The notes under the pieces: generated by a model
What the model saw: the letters and a program-made list of their open reading frames with translations, nothing else
What the model was told of the DNA's origin: nothing
Database searches by the model: none
Position numbers and translations under genes: made by a program
NCBI RefSeq assembly: GCF_002803295.2
Contig: NZ_PGGB02000015.1
Coordinates: forward strand, 1,528 to 33,527
Length of the DNA stretch: 32,000 bases
From: Caedibacter taeniospiralis
Lineage (GTDB): Bacteria; Pseudomonadota; Gammaproteobacteria; Francisellales; Francisellaceae
Reading direction: 5' to 3'
Shown here: piece after piece, positions 1 through 9,078 of the stretch
Position numbering within the stretch: position 1 is the first letter of the stretch
How the letters are laid out: each line of letters opens with the position of its first letter

Positions 1-153
1 ATCATCCTGATAAATGAGCCTGGCATTAAAATGCGATAAATACCATTTTACCGTTTCATCCAAGTTTTTCACCACTAGGGCAACATGATCCATTCTATCC
101 ATTTTAATACCCTCTTTTACTGCTGTCTGTACTGTTTGCGATGGGTATATAGC

Positions 154-1419
154 TTAAGAGCGCACCTTGCGTGCTGCATTATGATTTCTCGTTGGTTTTT
201 GACCATCGCGATGTTCTATTTTGGGTTTTTTCGGGCTTATTTTCTGTGCGTGTTTATAGTTATGAACATTAGATTCAGGCAAGTTATGCACGGGATCAAA
301 CCCATCAATAATTACTCGCTCTAATGGTTTCTTCAACAAGCGTTCAATATCCGCCAATTGTTTAAATTCATCGGCACTGACTAATGAAATTGCCTCCCCA
401 GTAGCTCCAGCTCTTCCCGTTCGACCAATGCGATGGACATAGTCCTCAGGCACACTAGGTAAGTCAAAATTCACCACCTGTGGCAACTGGTCAATATCAA
501 GACCACGCGCAGCAATGTCTGTCGCAACCAATACCTGCAGCGCATTACTTTTAAAATCAGCCAATGCTTTCGTGCGCGCACCCTGGCTTTTGTTGCCATG
601 AATTGCCGCACTATGAATACCTGCCTGCAGAAGCTTACCAGATAAATGATTAGCCCCATGTTTGGTACGCGAAAAAACAAGTACCTGACTCCAGGCTTGT
701 TCCTTGATAAGCTTGATCAGCAACGCCGTTTTTTGCTTTTTATCTACTGGCGAAATCCAATGTTTTACCTGGGCAGTTGTCTGGTTTGGCGGGCTAACTG
801 AAATTTCCAGAGGATTATGGACAATTTCCTTGGCAAGCTTTCTGATCTCATCAGAAAATGTCGCTGAGAACATTAAATTTTGACGTTTACTGGGTAATAA
901 CTTTAGGATCTTTTTAATATCATGAATAAAGCCCATATCCAACATTCGATCCGCTTCATCTAATACTAAAAACTTTAAGCGATCAAAACGAATCGCATTT
1001 TGCTGATAAAGATCCAAGAGTCTTCCAGGTGTAGCAACAAGAATATCAGCGCCTTTGCGCAGCTTCATCATCTGCGGGTTGATTTTCACGCCCCCAAACA
1101 CCACAGCGGAACGCAAATGAGTATGCTTACTGTACGCTTGAATACTCTCTTGAACTTGTGCAGCAAGCTCTCGCGTTGGCGTAAGAATCAACGCATGGGT
1201 TTGATTTGCTCCCGCTTGCGGTGAATTGATTAACATTTCGACAATTGGCAAACTAAACGCTGCTGTTTTACCCGTGCCTGTTTGCGCTGCCGCCAGAATA
1301 TCTCGACCTTGCAAAATAACGGGAATGGCTTGTTGTTGAATAGGAGATGGCTCGGAGTAACCTTGCTGTGAAAGTGCTTCTAAAATCGGGGTACTAAGCC
1401 CAAGGGATGTAAATGGCAT
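154..1419 (-). CDS. rhlE: DEAD-box ATP-dependent RNA helicase, RhlE-type
   Basis: 421 aa ORF with [13 protein letters not shown] (motif I), [27 protein letters not shown], and [10 protein letters not shown] motifs; N-terminus [33 protein letters not shown] is typical of RhlE. Confidence 0.93.
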   Translation of the reverse strand: MPFTSLGLSTPILEALSQQGYSEPSPIQQQAIPVILQGRDILAAAQTGTGKTAAFSLPIVEMLINSPQAGANQTHALILTPTRELAAQVQESIQAYSKHTHLRSAVVFGGVKINPQMMKLRKGADILVATPGRLLDLYQQNAIRFDRLKFLVLDEADRMLDMGFIHDIKKILKLLPSKRQNLMFSATFSDEIRKLAKEIVHNPLEISVSPPNQTTAQVKHWISPVDKKQKTALLIKLIKEQAWSQVLVFSRTKHGANHLSGKLLQAGIHSAAIHGNKSQGARTKALADFKSNALQVLVATDIAARGLDIDQLPQVVNFDLPSVPEDYVHRIGRTGRAGATGEAISLVSADEFKQLADIERLLKKPLERVIIDGFDPVHNLPESNVHNYKHAQKISPKKPKIEHRDGQKPTRNHNAARKVRS

Positions 1420-1497
1420 AATGTTTTCGCAAATTTAATATTTGCCGCCAAGGATAAAGCGCTTCATTAAAAATAGATAGAGTTCAGGCAGAAATAA

Positions 1498-1932
1498 TTA
1501 CCTGCCAATCTCTTTTTGTAACTTAATCATATCCAGCGCTGCTTTCAGTGCGTATTTCCCCTTATGCCCTTTCTCTCCGCCTACGCGCGCCAGTGCCTGC
1601 TCCTTATCATGCGTTGTTAGCACGCCAAAGATCACTGGCAAATCATAGCTTAGCATTACCTCTTGCGTGCCTTGTGAAACCTGCATGCACACGTAATCAT
1701 AATGATCTGTCTGCCCACGAATAACGCATCCTAAAAGCACAATTGCATCATATTTTTTGGTTTTAGCGAGCTGTTTTGCGGCAAATGGCAACTCCACAGC
1801 CCCTGGCACTTTATACACCTTAGGTGTTTTAATCCCTTGAGCGACGGCTTCTTCTAAAGCACCCTCCAACAATTTATCGGTGATAAGCGCATTAAATTCA
1901 CTCACCACAATGGCAATCTTTGGCATGTTCAT
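1498..1932 (-). CDS. ribH: 6,7-dimethyl-8-ribityllumazine synthase
   Basis: 144 aa ORF with VVSEFNALITDKLLEGA, VPGAVELPFAAKQLA, and LGCVIRGQTDHYDYV motifs; last gene of the rib cluster. Confidence 0.95.
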   Translation of the reverse strand: MNMPKIAIVVSEFNALITDKLLEGALEEAVAQGIKTPKVYKVPGAVELPFAAKQLAKTKKYDAIVLLGCVIRGQTDHYDYVCMQVSQGTQEVMLSYDLPVIFGVLTTHDKEQALARVGGEKGHKGKYALKAALDMIKLQKEIGR

Positions 1933-3137
1933 ACTCCTTTAATCGTGTGTTTAAGTCGTTGTTTTTTGGTTTGTAAATAATGTTTATTGTGTGCGTGAAT
2001 GAGAGACTCTGATACCAGTACTTCGACCGCAATGCCTGCGTTTTGCAAGGCCTGAACCTTCTTAGGATTGTTGGACAATAGCTGGCACTTCTCAACGCCA
2101 TAATACTTTAATATTTGTACGGCATGATCATAACCGCGATTATCCACGGGCAAGTTCAGTGCTTCATTAGCGTCTATCGTGTCAAGTTTTTGTGTGCGTT
2201 GCAGCTCATACGCCTTAAGCTTATTGATTAAACCAATGTTTCTGCCTTCCTGATCAAGATAAATTAACACCCCACCATGCTCTGAAATTTCGTGCAAGGC
2301 GTGATGCAATTGTGACTGGCAATCGCATTTCAATGAGCCAAACAAATCCCCTGTAATACACGATGAATGAATACGCACCAAAGGATTGGCGTTGATGTCT
2401 TTACTTAAGACCTTAATCTCAGCCTTTGTTACAGGATCAACAAAAACGGTCATTTCAAGCTCTCCATACGCATAAAGCGGGATAACCGTGCTTACTGCTT
2501 TTTTTATTACCTTCTCAGTTGCCAGGCGATATAGCCTAAGCTCCTCAATGCTTAAAACAGGCAAATCATGCGTTAGCGCAAAGTGCGCAATTTCCTCGCC
2601 CTTCATCATAGTGCCATCTTTGTTCATGAGCTCACATAAAACAGCCGCAGGATGAAAGCCTGCCATTTTAACCAGATCAACACTTGCCTCGGTGTGCCCT
2701 TGGCGTCCCAAGACACCATAATCATTGGCGATCAAGGGGAAAATATGTCCAGGGCGACTAATCTCACCTGGCGTTACATTGGGGTTTGACGCCACTTGAA
2801 TCGTATGCGCACGATCTTTGGCAGACACCCCCGTTGTTACCCCCTCTTTTGCCTCAATGGTCACAGTAAAAGGTGTGGTAAACTGGCTGGTATTTAAATC
2901 TGCTGGCACCATAGGGGTTAATTGCAAACGTTTAGCATGTGCTTTGGACATGGCTAAACAAATAATACCACTGGCATTTTGCAGCATTAAATTAATATTT
3001 TCAGGATTTGCCAATTGTCCTGGGAAAATCAAATCCCCTTCATTTTCGCGATTCTCATCATCAGTCACAATGATGCTTTTACCTTGCTTTAAGGCACTAA
3101 CCGTTGTTTCTACACGCTGTTTAATTTTTTGAAACAC
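1929..3137 (-). CDS. ribBA: bifunctional 3,4-dihydroxy-2-butanone 4-phosphate synthase / GTP cyclohydrolase II
   Basis: N-terminal RibB domain (TDDENRENEGDLIFPGQ, GHTEASVDL) and C-terminal RibA domain (RIHSSCITGDLFGSLKCDC, DQEGRNIGL). The open frame extends to 3239, but that part overlaps ribE; I place the start at a GTG (VFQKIKQRVETTVSALKQG) near 3137. Confidence 0.9.
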   Translation of the reverse strand: MFQKIKQRVETTVSALKQGKSIIVTDDENRENEGDLIFPGQLANPENINLMLQNASGIICLAMSKAHAKRLQLTPMVPADLNTSQFTTPFTVTIEAKEGVTTGVSAKDRAHTIQVASNPNVTPGEISRPGHIFPLIANDYGVLGRQGHTEASVDLVKMAGFHPAAVLCELMNKDGTMMKGEEIAHFALTHDLPVLSIEELRLYRLATEKVIKKAVSTVIPLYAYGELEMTVFVDPVTKAEIKVLSKDINANPLVRIHSSCITGDLFGSLKCDCQSQLHHALHEISEHGGVLIYLDQEGRNIGLINKLKAYELQRTQKLDTIDANEALNLPVDNRGYDHAVQILKYYGVEKCQLLSNNPKKVQALQNAGIAVEVLVSESLIHAHNKHYLQTKKQRLKHTIKGV

Positions 3138-3729
3138 TTTGCATTTTCTCCATATAACGATAAATATGCTTGCCAATTGGATCGGCTTCCAGATTGACAC
3201 TTGTGCCCACTTGATAATGTTTAACAACCGTAGACTCAATGGTGTGCGGGATAAAGGTTACCGTAAAATAGCCATTTTTGACTTCAATCACGGTGATACT
3301 CATACCATCGATAGTCACAAAGCCTTTATTGACCAAATAGTGTAAAATTTCTTTGGGCGCATTAATGGCTACAAGCCAGGCATCTCCCTCGTGAATGATC
3401 CGTTTTATCACGCCAATACCATCCACGTGCCCCTGCACCATATGTCCACCGACAAAGTCATTTAAGCGTAATGACAATTCTAAATTTACTAAGCTCCCCA
3501 TTCTAAGCCTGCTTAAATTAGTTTTACGCAAGGTTTCTGCTACTGCTTCAAAACTCACTAAATCTTGCGACTTATCCAGTGCGACTACAGTTAAACACAC
3601 ACCATTAATAGCAATGCTATCTCCGATTTTACAGTCTTTAAGTTGTTGTGAGTGAATGACTAAAGTCATCACCTCACCCCCAAAAGCAAACACAACTTCT
3701 GCAACTTCTTGAACAATACCACTGAACAT
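3121..3729 (-). CDS. ribE: riboflavin synthase alpha subunit
   Basis: MFSGIVQEVAEV start, duplicated lumazine-binding domains (SIAINGVCLTVV, DGMSITVIEV), GGHMVQGHVDG motif. Confidence 0.95.
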   Translation of the reverse strand: MFSGIVQEVAEVVFAFGGEVMTLVIHSQQLKDCKIGDSIAINGVCLTVVALDKSQDLVSFEAVAETLRKTNLSRLRMGSLVNLELSLRLNDFVGGHMVQGHVDGIGVIKRIIHEGDAWLVAINAPKEILHYLVNKGFVTIDGMSITVIEVKNGYFTVTFIPHTIESTVVKHYQVGTSVNLEADPIGKHIYRYMEKMQSVSKN

Positions 3730-3732
3730 TGA

Positions 3733-4794
3733 TTACTCCATCTCCGCTATACAATAATAATCAGCTTTCAGAAAGCCCATTTCTTTAATATTAACGACTA
3801 CTTTCTGTCTAAATTCACAGATAATCACGGGCGCAATATAGGCTTGCACTTCATTCACAAGATTTGCGCTAAAAAAGGCGTTAAGCAAGGTTTGTCCACC
3901 CTCAACTAAAACACTGCTAATCTCTTTGGCAGCAAGCACAATCAAAACTTCATGTAAGTCAAGCTCATGATCTTTGTTTAACGCAACCTCAATGCACTCA
4001 ACCCCTTTATCTTGTAGTGCATAGAGCGTTTGTTTGTCGGCAAGATGACTGGTAAACACAATTGTTTTAGCCGTTTTGTCATTGAAAAGCACTGCATTAA
4101 GTGGTAAATCTGCCGTTTTTGACAACACCACACGCGAGGGATGTTTAATCATTTGACTGTCTGTCATACGCACCATAAGTTTTGGATTATCAGCCACGAC
4201 AGTCTTGCGACCAACGATAATTGCATCGACCTGATTGCGTAGATTATGCACCTCGCGTTTTGAGGCTTGATCGGTAATTTGCTTACTGTCATTAAGATGC
4301 GTTGTCATATGACCATCCAGTGACATTCCCCATTTAGCAATAACATAGGGCAAATGTGTCTGATGATAATGAAAGAAAATTTTATTTAAGCTTATTGCTT
4401 CCTGTTGCATTAAACCAAGCTCTACTACAATGCCCGCGTCTTGCAGGCGTTTAACTCCCTTGCCTGAAACTTCAGGATTTGGATCTAAGGTGGCAACAAC
4501 GACTTTAACAACTTGCGCCTTTATTAGAGCATCTGTGCACGGTCCAGTTTTCCCAAAATGACAACATGGCTCAAGCGTTACATAAACGCTTGCATTTTTT
4601 GCATTTTCCCCCGCTTGATCTAAGGCGTGAATCTCAGCGTGTTTATCGCCTGCAAATCGATGCCAGCCCTCACCGATAATCTGTCCATTTTTAACAATAA
4701 CACAGCCTACCATGGGATTTGGAGAAACACTTAAGCGTCCACGCCTGGCAAGCACAAGCGCCTGACTCATATAAAAACGATCTGCTTGAAACAT
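3733..4794 (-). CDS. ribD: bifunctional diaminohydroxyphosphoribosylaminopyrimidine deaminase / 5-amino-6-(5-phosphoribosylamino)uracil reductase
   Basis: Deaminase zinc motifs HAEIHAL and VYVTLEPCCHFGKTGPC; reductase region KWGMSLDGHMTT; first gene behind the FMN riboswitch. Confidence 0.95.
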   Translation of the reverse strand: MFQADRFYMSQALVLARRGRLSVSPNPMVGCVIVKNGQIIGEGWHRFAGDKHAEIHALDQAGENAKNASVYVTLEPCCHFGKTGPCTDALIKAQVVKVVVATLDPNPEVSGKGVKRLQDAGIVVELGLMQQEAISLNKIFFHYHQTHLPYVIAKWGMSLDGHMTTHLNDSKQITDQASKREVHNLRNQVDAIIVGRKTVVADNPKLMVRMTDSQMIKHPSRVVLSKTADLPLNAVLFNDKTAKTIVFTSHLADKQTLYALQDKGVECIEVALNKDHELDLHEVLIVLAAKEISSVLVEGGQTLLNAFFSANLVNEVQAYIAPVIICEFRQKVVVNIKEMGFLKADYYCIAEME

Positions 4795-4829
4795 AAAAAA
4801 TGCCCTCAGGTTTCATCTATTATCAGGGC
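4795..4829 (-). promoter_or_regulatory. candidate Shine-Dalgarno-sequestering hairpin of the FMN riboswitch expression platform
   Basis: The - strand reads GCCCTGATAATAGATGAAACCTGAGGGCATTTTTTATG(ribD). GCCCT (4825..4829) pairs with AGGGC (4802..4806), which overlaps the purine-rich SD-like CTGAGGG. Confidence 0.6.
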
Positions 4830-4946
4830 GAGACAAAAGAAATAACCACATGAAAATTTAAGACATTAAGCATAAATTCAAAATTTGACATTTAAAATTC
4901 AGCATTAACTTCTTAAATGACATATGTACATAAATCATTCTTATTT

Positions 4947-5092
4947 CTTCTTTCATCCGGACTATAACCGTCGGCTCTGGAATTTCACCAGATCTGCTGA
5001 CCTTTTGCGTTGACACAAAAGCGCTCGTGGGCTTTCCTGTTTTTTATTTCAAGAATTACCACCGGTGGGGAATTTCACCCCGCCCTGAAGAA
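4947..5092 (-). promoter_or_regulatory. FMN riboswitch (RFN element) controlling the rib operon
   Basis: The reverse complement reads CTTCAGGGCGGGGTGAAATTCCCCACCGGTGGT...AGCCCACGAGCG...GGTCAGCAGATCTGGTGAAATTCCAGAGCCGACGGTTATAGTCCGGATGAAAGAAG, containing the near-universal RFN conserved blocks in order. Confidence 0.96.
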
Positions 5093-5197
5093 CTGCGGCA
5101 GAGTCTACGTGGTTTTAAATCAAAAATCTAGTACAACAAGCACTTCAACAGTGCTCCATTATGCTCGCGAAAAATGCAATGGCAAAGCCACTACCAA

Positions 5198-5221
5198 CCT
5201 GACTACTCTAGAGTAGTCAGG
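5198..5221. repeat. 24-bp perfect palindrome CCTGACTACTCTAGAGTAGTCAGG upstream of the rib leader
   Basis: Read directly: the two halves are exact reverse complements. Confidence 0.9.
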
Positions 5222-5378
5222 CACTCCCTAAGTGATCAAGTCAGATGGTTTACGATGGGTAGATTACTGCTGCTTTACACTAAGCCTAAAAAGATGAGGT
5301 ATTATCTGAATACGCTGGCAATTTCCCTCCAGGCGCTATACCATAGCCTAAATCTTCTACTGTTATATAAACGCACTC

Positions 5379-6381
5379 ATGGCTAAGAAAATCTATATCG
5401 GCAGCTCAAACTTTGCCGAACTCATCACTGAAAACGCGGTTTTTGTTGATAAAAGCCTGCTTATCAGGGATATAATCGAAGATACCAGTAAAGTGATATT
5501 AATCACGCGCCCCAGGCGCTTTGGCAAGACGCTAAACATGTCCATCAGGACTTGCCATTTACAACCCCTGGTCGATTTTGAATTGTCTGCATAAAAAGGG
5601 AAAATTTGATGACTATTGGGTGCATACCTCAAATAACAAGATGATTGAAACCCTGCTGCTGAAATTCCGTGAAGATGTGCATCCTGCGGTGACACAATTG
5701 ATGGAATATAAGACGGCAGAAGTCATTATCGATCGCCATGTGACCTATGACACGCTGGATATTCAATCGAGCAGTTTATGGAGTTTGTTGCTGTTTGCAG
5801 GCTATCTAACGGCAGAAACCGCAAGAAGAACCGATGAGTTATTGTATGAATGCACGGTGCGTCTGCCCAATATCGAAATTGTGCATCTGCTAAATTACTA
5901 CTTCAAGATCTGGTTAAACAATCGCATCGGTGTGCAATATCAATCGTTTTTAAATAATCTGGTTGAAGGCAAGGTGGAGAAGTTCAGCGAACAATTAAAT
6001 ACTTACCTCACTGAAGCCTTAAGTGTCAGAGACACAGGCTATACCGCCGAGAAGTTTTATCATGGACTGGTGTTGGGCTTAATCGCCTCCCTAAGATCAA
6101 CTCATATTATCCACTCCAATCATGAATCGGGAGATGGTTATCCCGATGTGCTACTTTATCCCTTAGCCAATAATCAAAAGCACGATTTAGGCATAGTGAT
6201 GGAATTTAAGCATGCCAGGGAAGATGGCAGTGAAAACTTAGACAAACTTGCCAGGCAAGCGCTAAGCCAGATTGATGCTAAAAATTACAGCACTGAGCTA
6301 ACATCTCAATCTCAAGTAAAGCGCATATTGAAGCTTGGTTTAGCGTTTAATCATAAACAAGTGATTGTCAAACACCATTGA
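5379..6381 (+). pseudogene. decayed AAA-ATPase-like / PD-(D/E)XK nuclease-superfamily protein (DUF1703 type)
   Basis: N-terminal fragment (5379..5594) KKIYIGSSNFAELITENAVFVDKSLLIRDIIE...LITRPRRFGKTLNMSI has the family P-loop. The C-terminal fragment in another frame, reading GLAIYNPWSILNCLHKKGKFDDYWVHTSNNKMI from about 5548 into ORF 5578..6381, has ...DGYPDVLLYPL...GIVMEFKHAR. The middle of the protein is missing and the frame shifts at about 5545. Confidence 0.85.
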
Positions 6382-6433
6382 GTGTTAGGGAATTCCAACT
6401 TAATAACCTGCCTCGCGATGAGAAGAGCAAACA

Positions 6434-6468
6434 GGTGGATGCGCCTTAGGTTTATCCGCCCTACTACC
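6434..6468. repeat. dispersed REP-like repeat, copy 1 (GGTGGATGCGCCTTAGGTTTATCCGCCCTACTACC)
   Basis: Matches copies at 16587, 16643 and 18808 with a few substitutions. Confidence 0.75.
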
Positions 6469-6607
6469 AAACAAATGGGTAGTCTTAGGGCGCCAGAATA
6501 AATAAAGTCAACCAAAAGCTGATTCCCATGCTTCAGCGTGGGAATACATAATCTTGTACTCTAAGGTAAATTTTAAAAATCTCGTTCTCTTATTAAACCT
6601 GAACTTC

Positions 6608-8815
6608 CTAAGCAACCACACGCGCCACATTCTCAACATAAGCAGTCGCACTCATTTTTTTGGCCAACGTTTCAAGTGTTTGCATATCGCTAAGAATGAG
6701 ACTCAACTTAATCGTTTTATACTTTTCTGATTGTGAAGGCTGCAGTGCCGCAATCGTAATTTTCTCACTCGTTAAAATACTGGTTACTTCATGCACTGCT
6801 TTGTCAACGTCACTACAAATAAGCAACAAATCGACCTGATAGCGCCTTAGATCTTTCTTACCCCATTGTACATCCAGCACACGCTCGGGCAAGCTTAAGC
6901 TTAAACGTAAAAAATTTGGACACACGGATCTATGCACAGTGACCCCTCTGCCATGCGTTAAATAGCCTCCAATGTCATCGCCTTGCACAGGTTTGCAGCA
7001 GCCTGCCATATGCGATAGCAGGTTATCCACTCCATAAATGGTTAAATCAGTTTTACGAATATTTTCATGCAAATTGTGCGTGATACTGGCAAGCTTATTC
7101 GTTTTATCTTCCTGTATTGCTTTATCAACCAGATTATAGTGTTCAACGATATAGTTGATCACCTGATTAAAACGTAAGGCTCCCGTTTCAATACCTGCAT
7201 ATAAAGTTTCTTCATCCGCCATATTAAAGTGTGAGGCAACTTCACTGTAATCGATTGACTTAAGACGATGAGTTTTAAGCTCATCTAAGAGACGTTCACG
7301 CCCTAAAAGCGCATTTTGCTCTTTATTTTGCTGCTTAAACCAGCGTGCGACACGTGCACGAATTTTGGCTGAATGAATAAAGCCACTGCCTGCATTTGCC
7401 CAATCCATGCTCGGACTGGGTTCTTTGTGCGTTAATATTTCAACCTTATCACCCGTTGCAAGCTTCGTCGTTAAGGGCACTATTTTACCATTGATCTTAG
7501 CACCTTTAGTCCTGTGCCCGATCATCGTATGCACCATATACGCAAAATCAAGCACAGTTGACCCTGACTCAAGATCAATGACGTCACCATGAGGCGTAAA
7601 TATATATACACGATTGATGGTAATTTCTTTTTTCAGCTCATCACTATTGATTTCATTAGCAAGCTCACTCTCCCAATCTAATAATGAACGCAGCCAGTTG
7701 ACTCGGGCTTCGTAGCTTGGATCATGTTTAACCCCCTCTTTGTAGCGCCAATGAGCGGCGACGCCCATTTCAGACTCATTGTGCATTCCATGCGTTCTGA
7801 TCTGCACTTCAAGGGTTAAATGCTCAGGACCATAAACTACCGTATGTACCGATCGATAACCATTTGGCTTGGGCGTGGCAATATAATCAGCAAATTCACT
7901 GGAAATGGGTTCCCACAATTGATTAACAATACTTAACGCACCATAACACTCATCAACTGAGTCTACTAAAACGCGTAAGGCTCTGATGTCATAGAGCTCA
8001 TCCAAAGAGCGCTCTTTTTTTCTAAGCTTCCGCCAGATACTATAGATATGCTTAACTCTGCCACTTAGCTCAAATTGGATATTTTCTTTTTTAAGCGCAC
8101 CCGCTAGCGTGTCTATCGCATTTTGAATATACGCCTCACGTTCAAGGCGTTTCTTTTTAAGTCCTCTCGCGATTTTTTTATACTCAACAGGATAGAGACA
8201 GGCAAACGCACGGTCTTCAAGCTCCCACTTGGTTTTAGCCAGTCCTAAGCGATTGGCTAGTGGCGCATAAATTTCTAGAATTTCTTTGGCAATCGTTTGC
8301 TTGTAGCTTTCCGTCCAATTTTTAGCTGCTCGCATTGTACAGACTCTATCAGCCAATTTCACCAAAACAATACGCACGTCTTCGACAATCGTTAGTAACA
8401 TTTTGCGAAATGTGTCAATTTGCGACTGATTAGGTTTGGCGTTTTGCAAAGCACGTACTGCAGACATGGCCTTCGCACCATCTAAAATTTTTAATACCCC
8501 TTCACCACATTGTTTAGCAATAAGCTCAGATGGCGTTTTTTGGTTGTAATGCAACTCAAACAGCAAGGCCGCTGCCACTGAATCTTCATCCGCCTGCAGA
8601 TCAAATAATACGGCTGCCATTTCAATACCATAATCAAAACACGTACCACCGTGCACAGAAGGCTCATCAACGCCGTATTGCGCTAATATATCAAGAGCTA
8701 CAGCAATCGTTGCCAGTCTGTTTTTTGGGTAAAAACCTTCGAGTAAAGCCAACCATTTTTGAAAATCTATGAGCCCCTCTTTGGTCAAGGCATATCTGTC
8801 CGTTACTTGCACCAT
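6608..8815 (-). CDS. relA: (p)ppGpp synthetase RelA-type (GTP pyrophosphokinase) with degenerate HD domain
   Basis: 735 aa with synthetase motifs (RALRVLVDSVDECYGALSIVNQLW, DYIATPKPNGYRSVHTVV, EVQIRTHGMHNESEMGVAAHWRYKEG), TGS domain and C-terminal ACT domain. The hydrolase HD region reads AALLFELHY instead of the active-enzyme HDxxED pattern. Confidence 0.93.
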   Translation of the reverse strand: MVQVTDRYALTKEGLIDFQKWLALLEGFYPKNRLATIAVALDILAQYGVDEPSVHGGTCFDYGIEMAAVLFDLQADEDSVAAALLFELHYNQKTPSELIAKQCGEGVLKILDGAKAMSAVRALQNAKPNQSQIDTFRKMLLTIVEDVRIVLVKLADRVCTMRAAKNWTESYKQTIAKEILEIYAPLANRLGLAKTKWELEDRAFACLYPVEYKKIARGLKKKRLEREAYIQNAIDTLAGALKKENIQFELSGRVKHIYSIWRKLRKKERSLDELYDIRALRVLVDSVDECYGALSIVNQLWEPISSEFADYIATPKPNGYRSVHTVVYGPEHLTLEVQIRTHGMHNESEMGVAAHWRYKEGVKHDPSYEARVNWLRSLLDWESELANEINSDELKKEITINRVYIFTPHGDVIDLESGSTVLDFAYMVHTMIGHRTKGAKINGKIVPLTTKLATGDKVEILTHKEPSPSMDWANAGSGFIHSAKIRARVARWFKQQNKEQNALLGRERLLDELKTHRLKSIDYSEVASHFNMADEETLYAGIETGALRFNQVINYIVEHYNLVDKAIQEDKTNKLASITHNLHENIRKTDLTIYGVDNLLSHMAGCCKPVQGDDIGGYLTHGRGVTVHRSVCPNFLRLSLSLPERVLDVQWGKKDLRRYQVDLLLICSDVDKAVHEVTSILTSEKITIAALQPSQSEKYKTIKLSLILSDMQTLETLAKKMSATAYVENVARVVA

Positions 8816-8980
8816 CGCTACTTACCCATTCCTAAATCAATAATCGTCGTATCTTTATTAACTGGAGAAACCACTGGGATTAAGCATAACGAAAAACTTC
8901 TCAAAACCCCAGTGAAAGTATGGCAATAATCGCTTGAATATATAATGCGAAATATCGGCTTAGGACAAAATATTTGCCAA

Positions 8981-9023
8981 AGTGTGGGTGTGGGGGATGA
9001 GCGAACACTATCACACCCACACT
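8981..9023. repeat. 12-bp perfect inverted repeat AGTGTGGGTGTG / CACACCCACACT with 19-nt spacer
   Basis: Arms at 8981..8992 and 9012..9023, between the relA start and the rnpB 3' end. Confidence 0.8.
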
Positions 9024-9078
9024 GATTAACTCACACTTTAAAACAGGCAGGAAGCAATCACAGCCAAAATATCAAAAG

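Noticed and set aside
2818-3655. + strand ORFs 2818..3132, 3139..3345, 3395..3655
   Set aside because: Antisense to the confidently identified ribBA and ribE; translations look like shadow frames.
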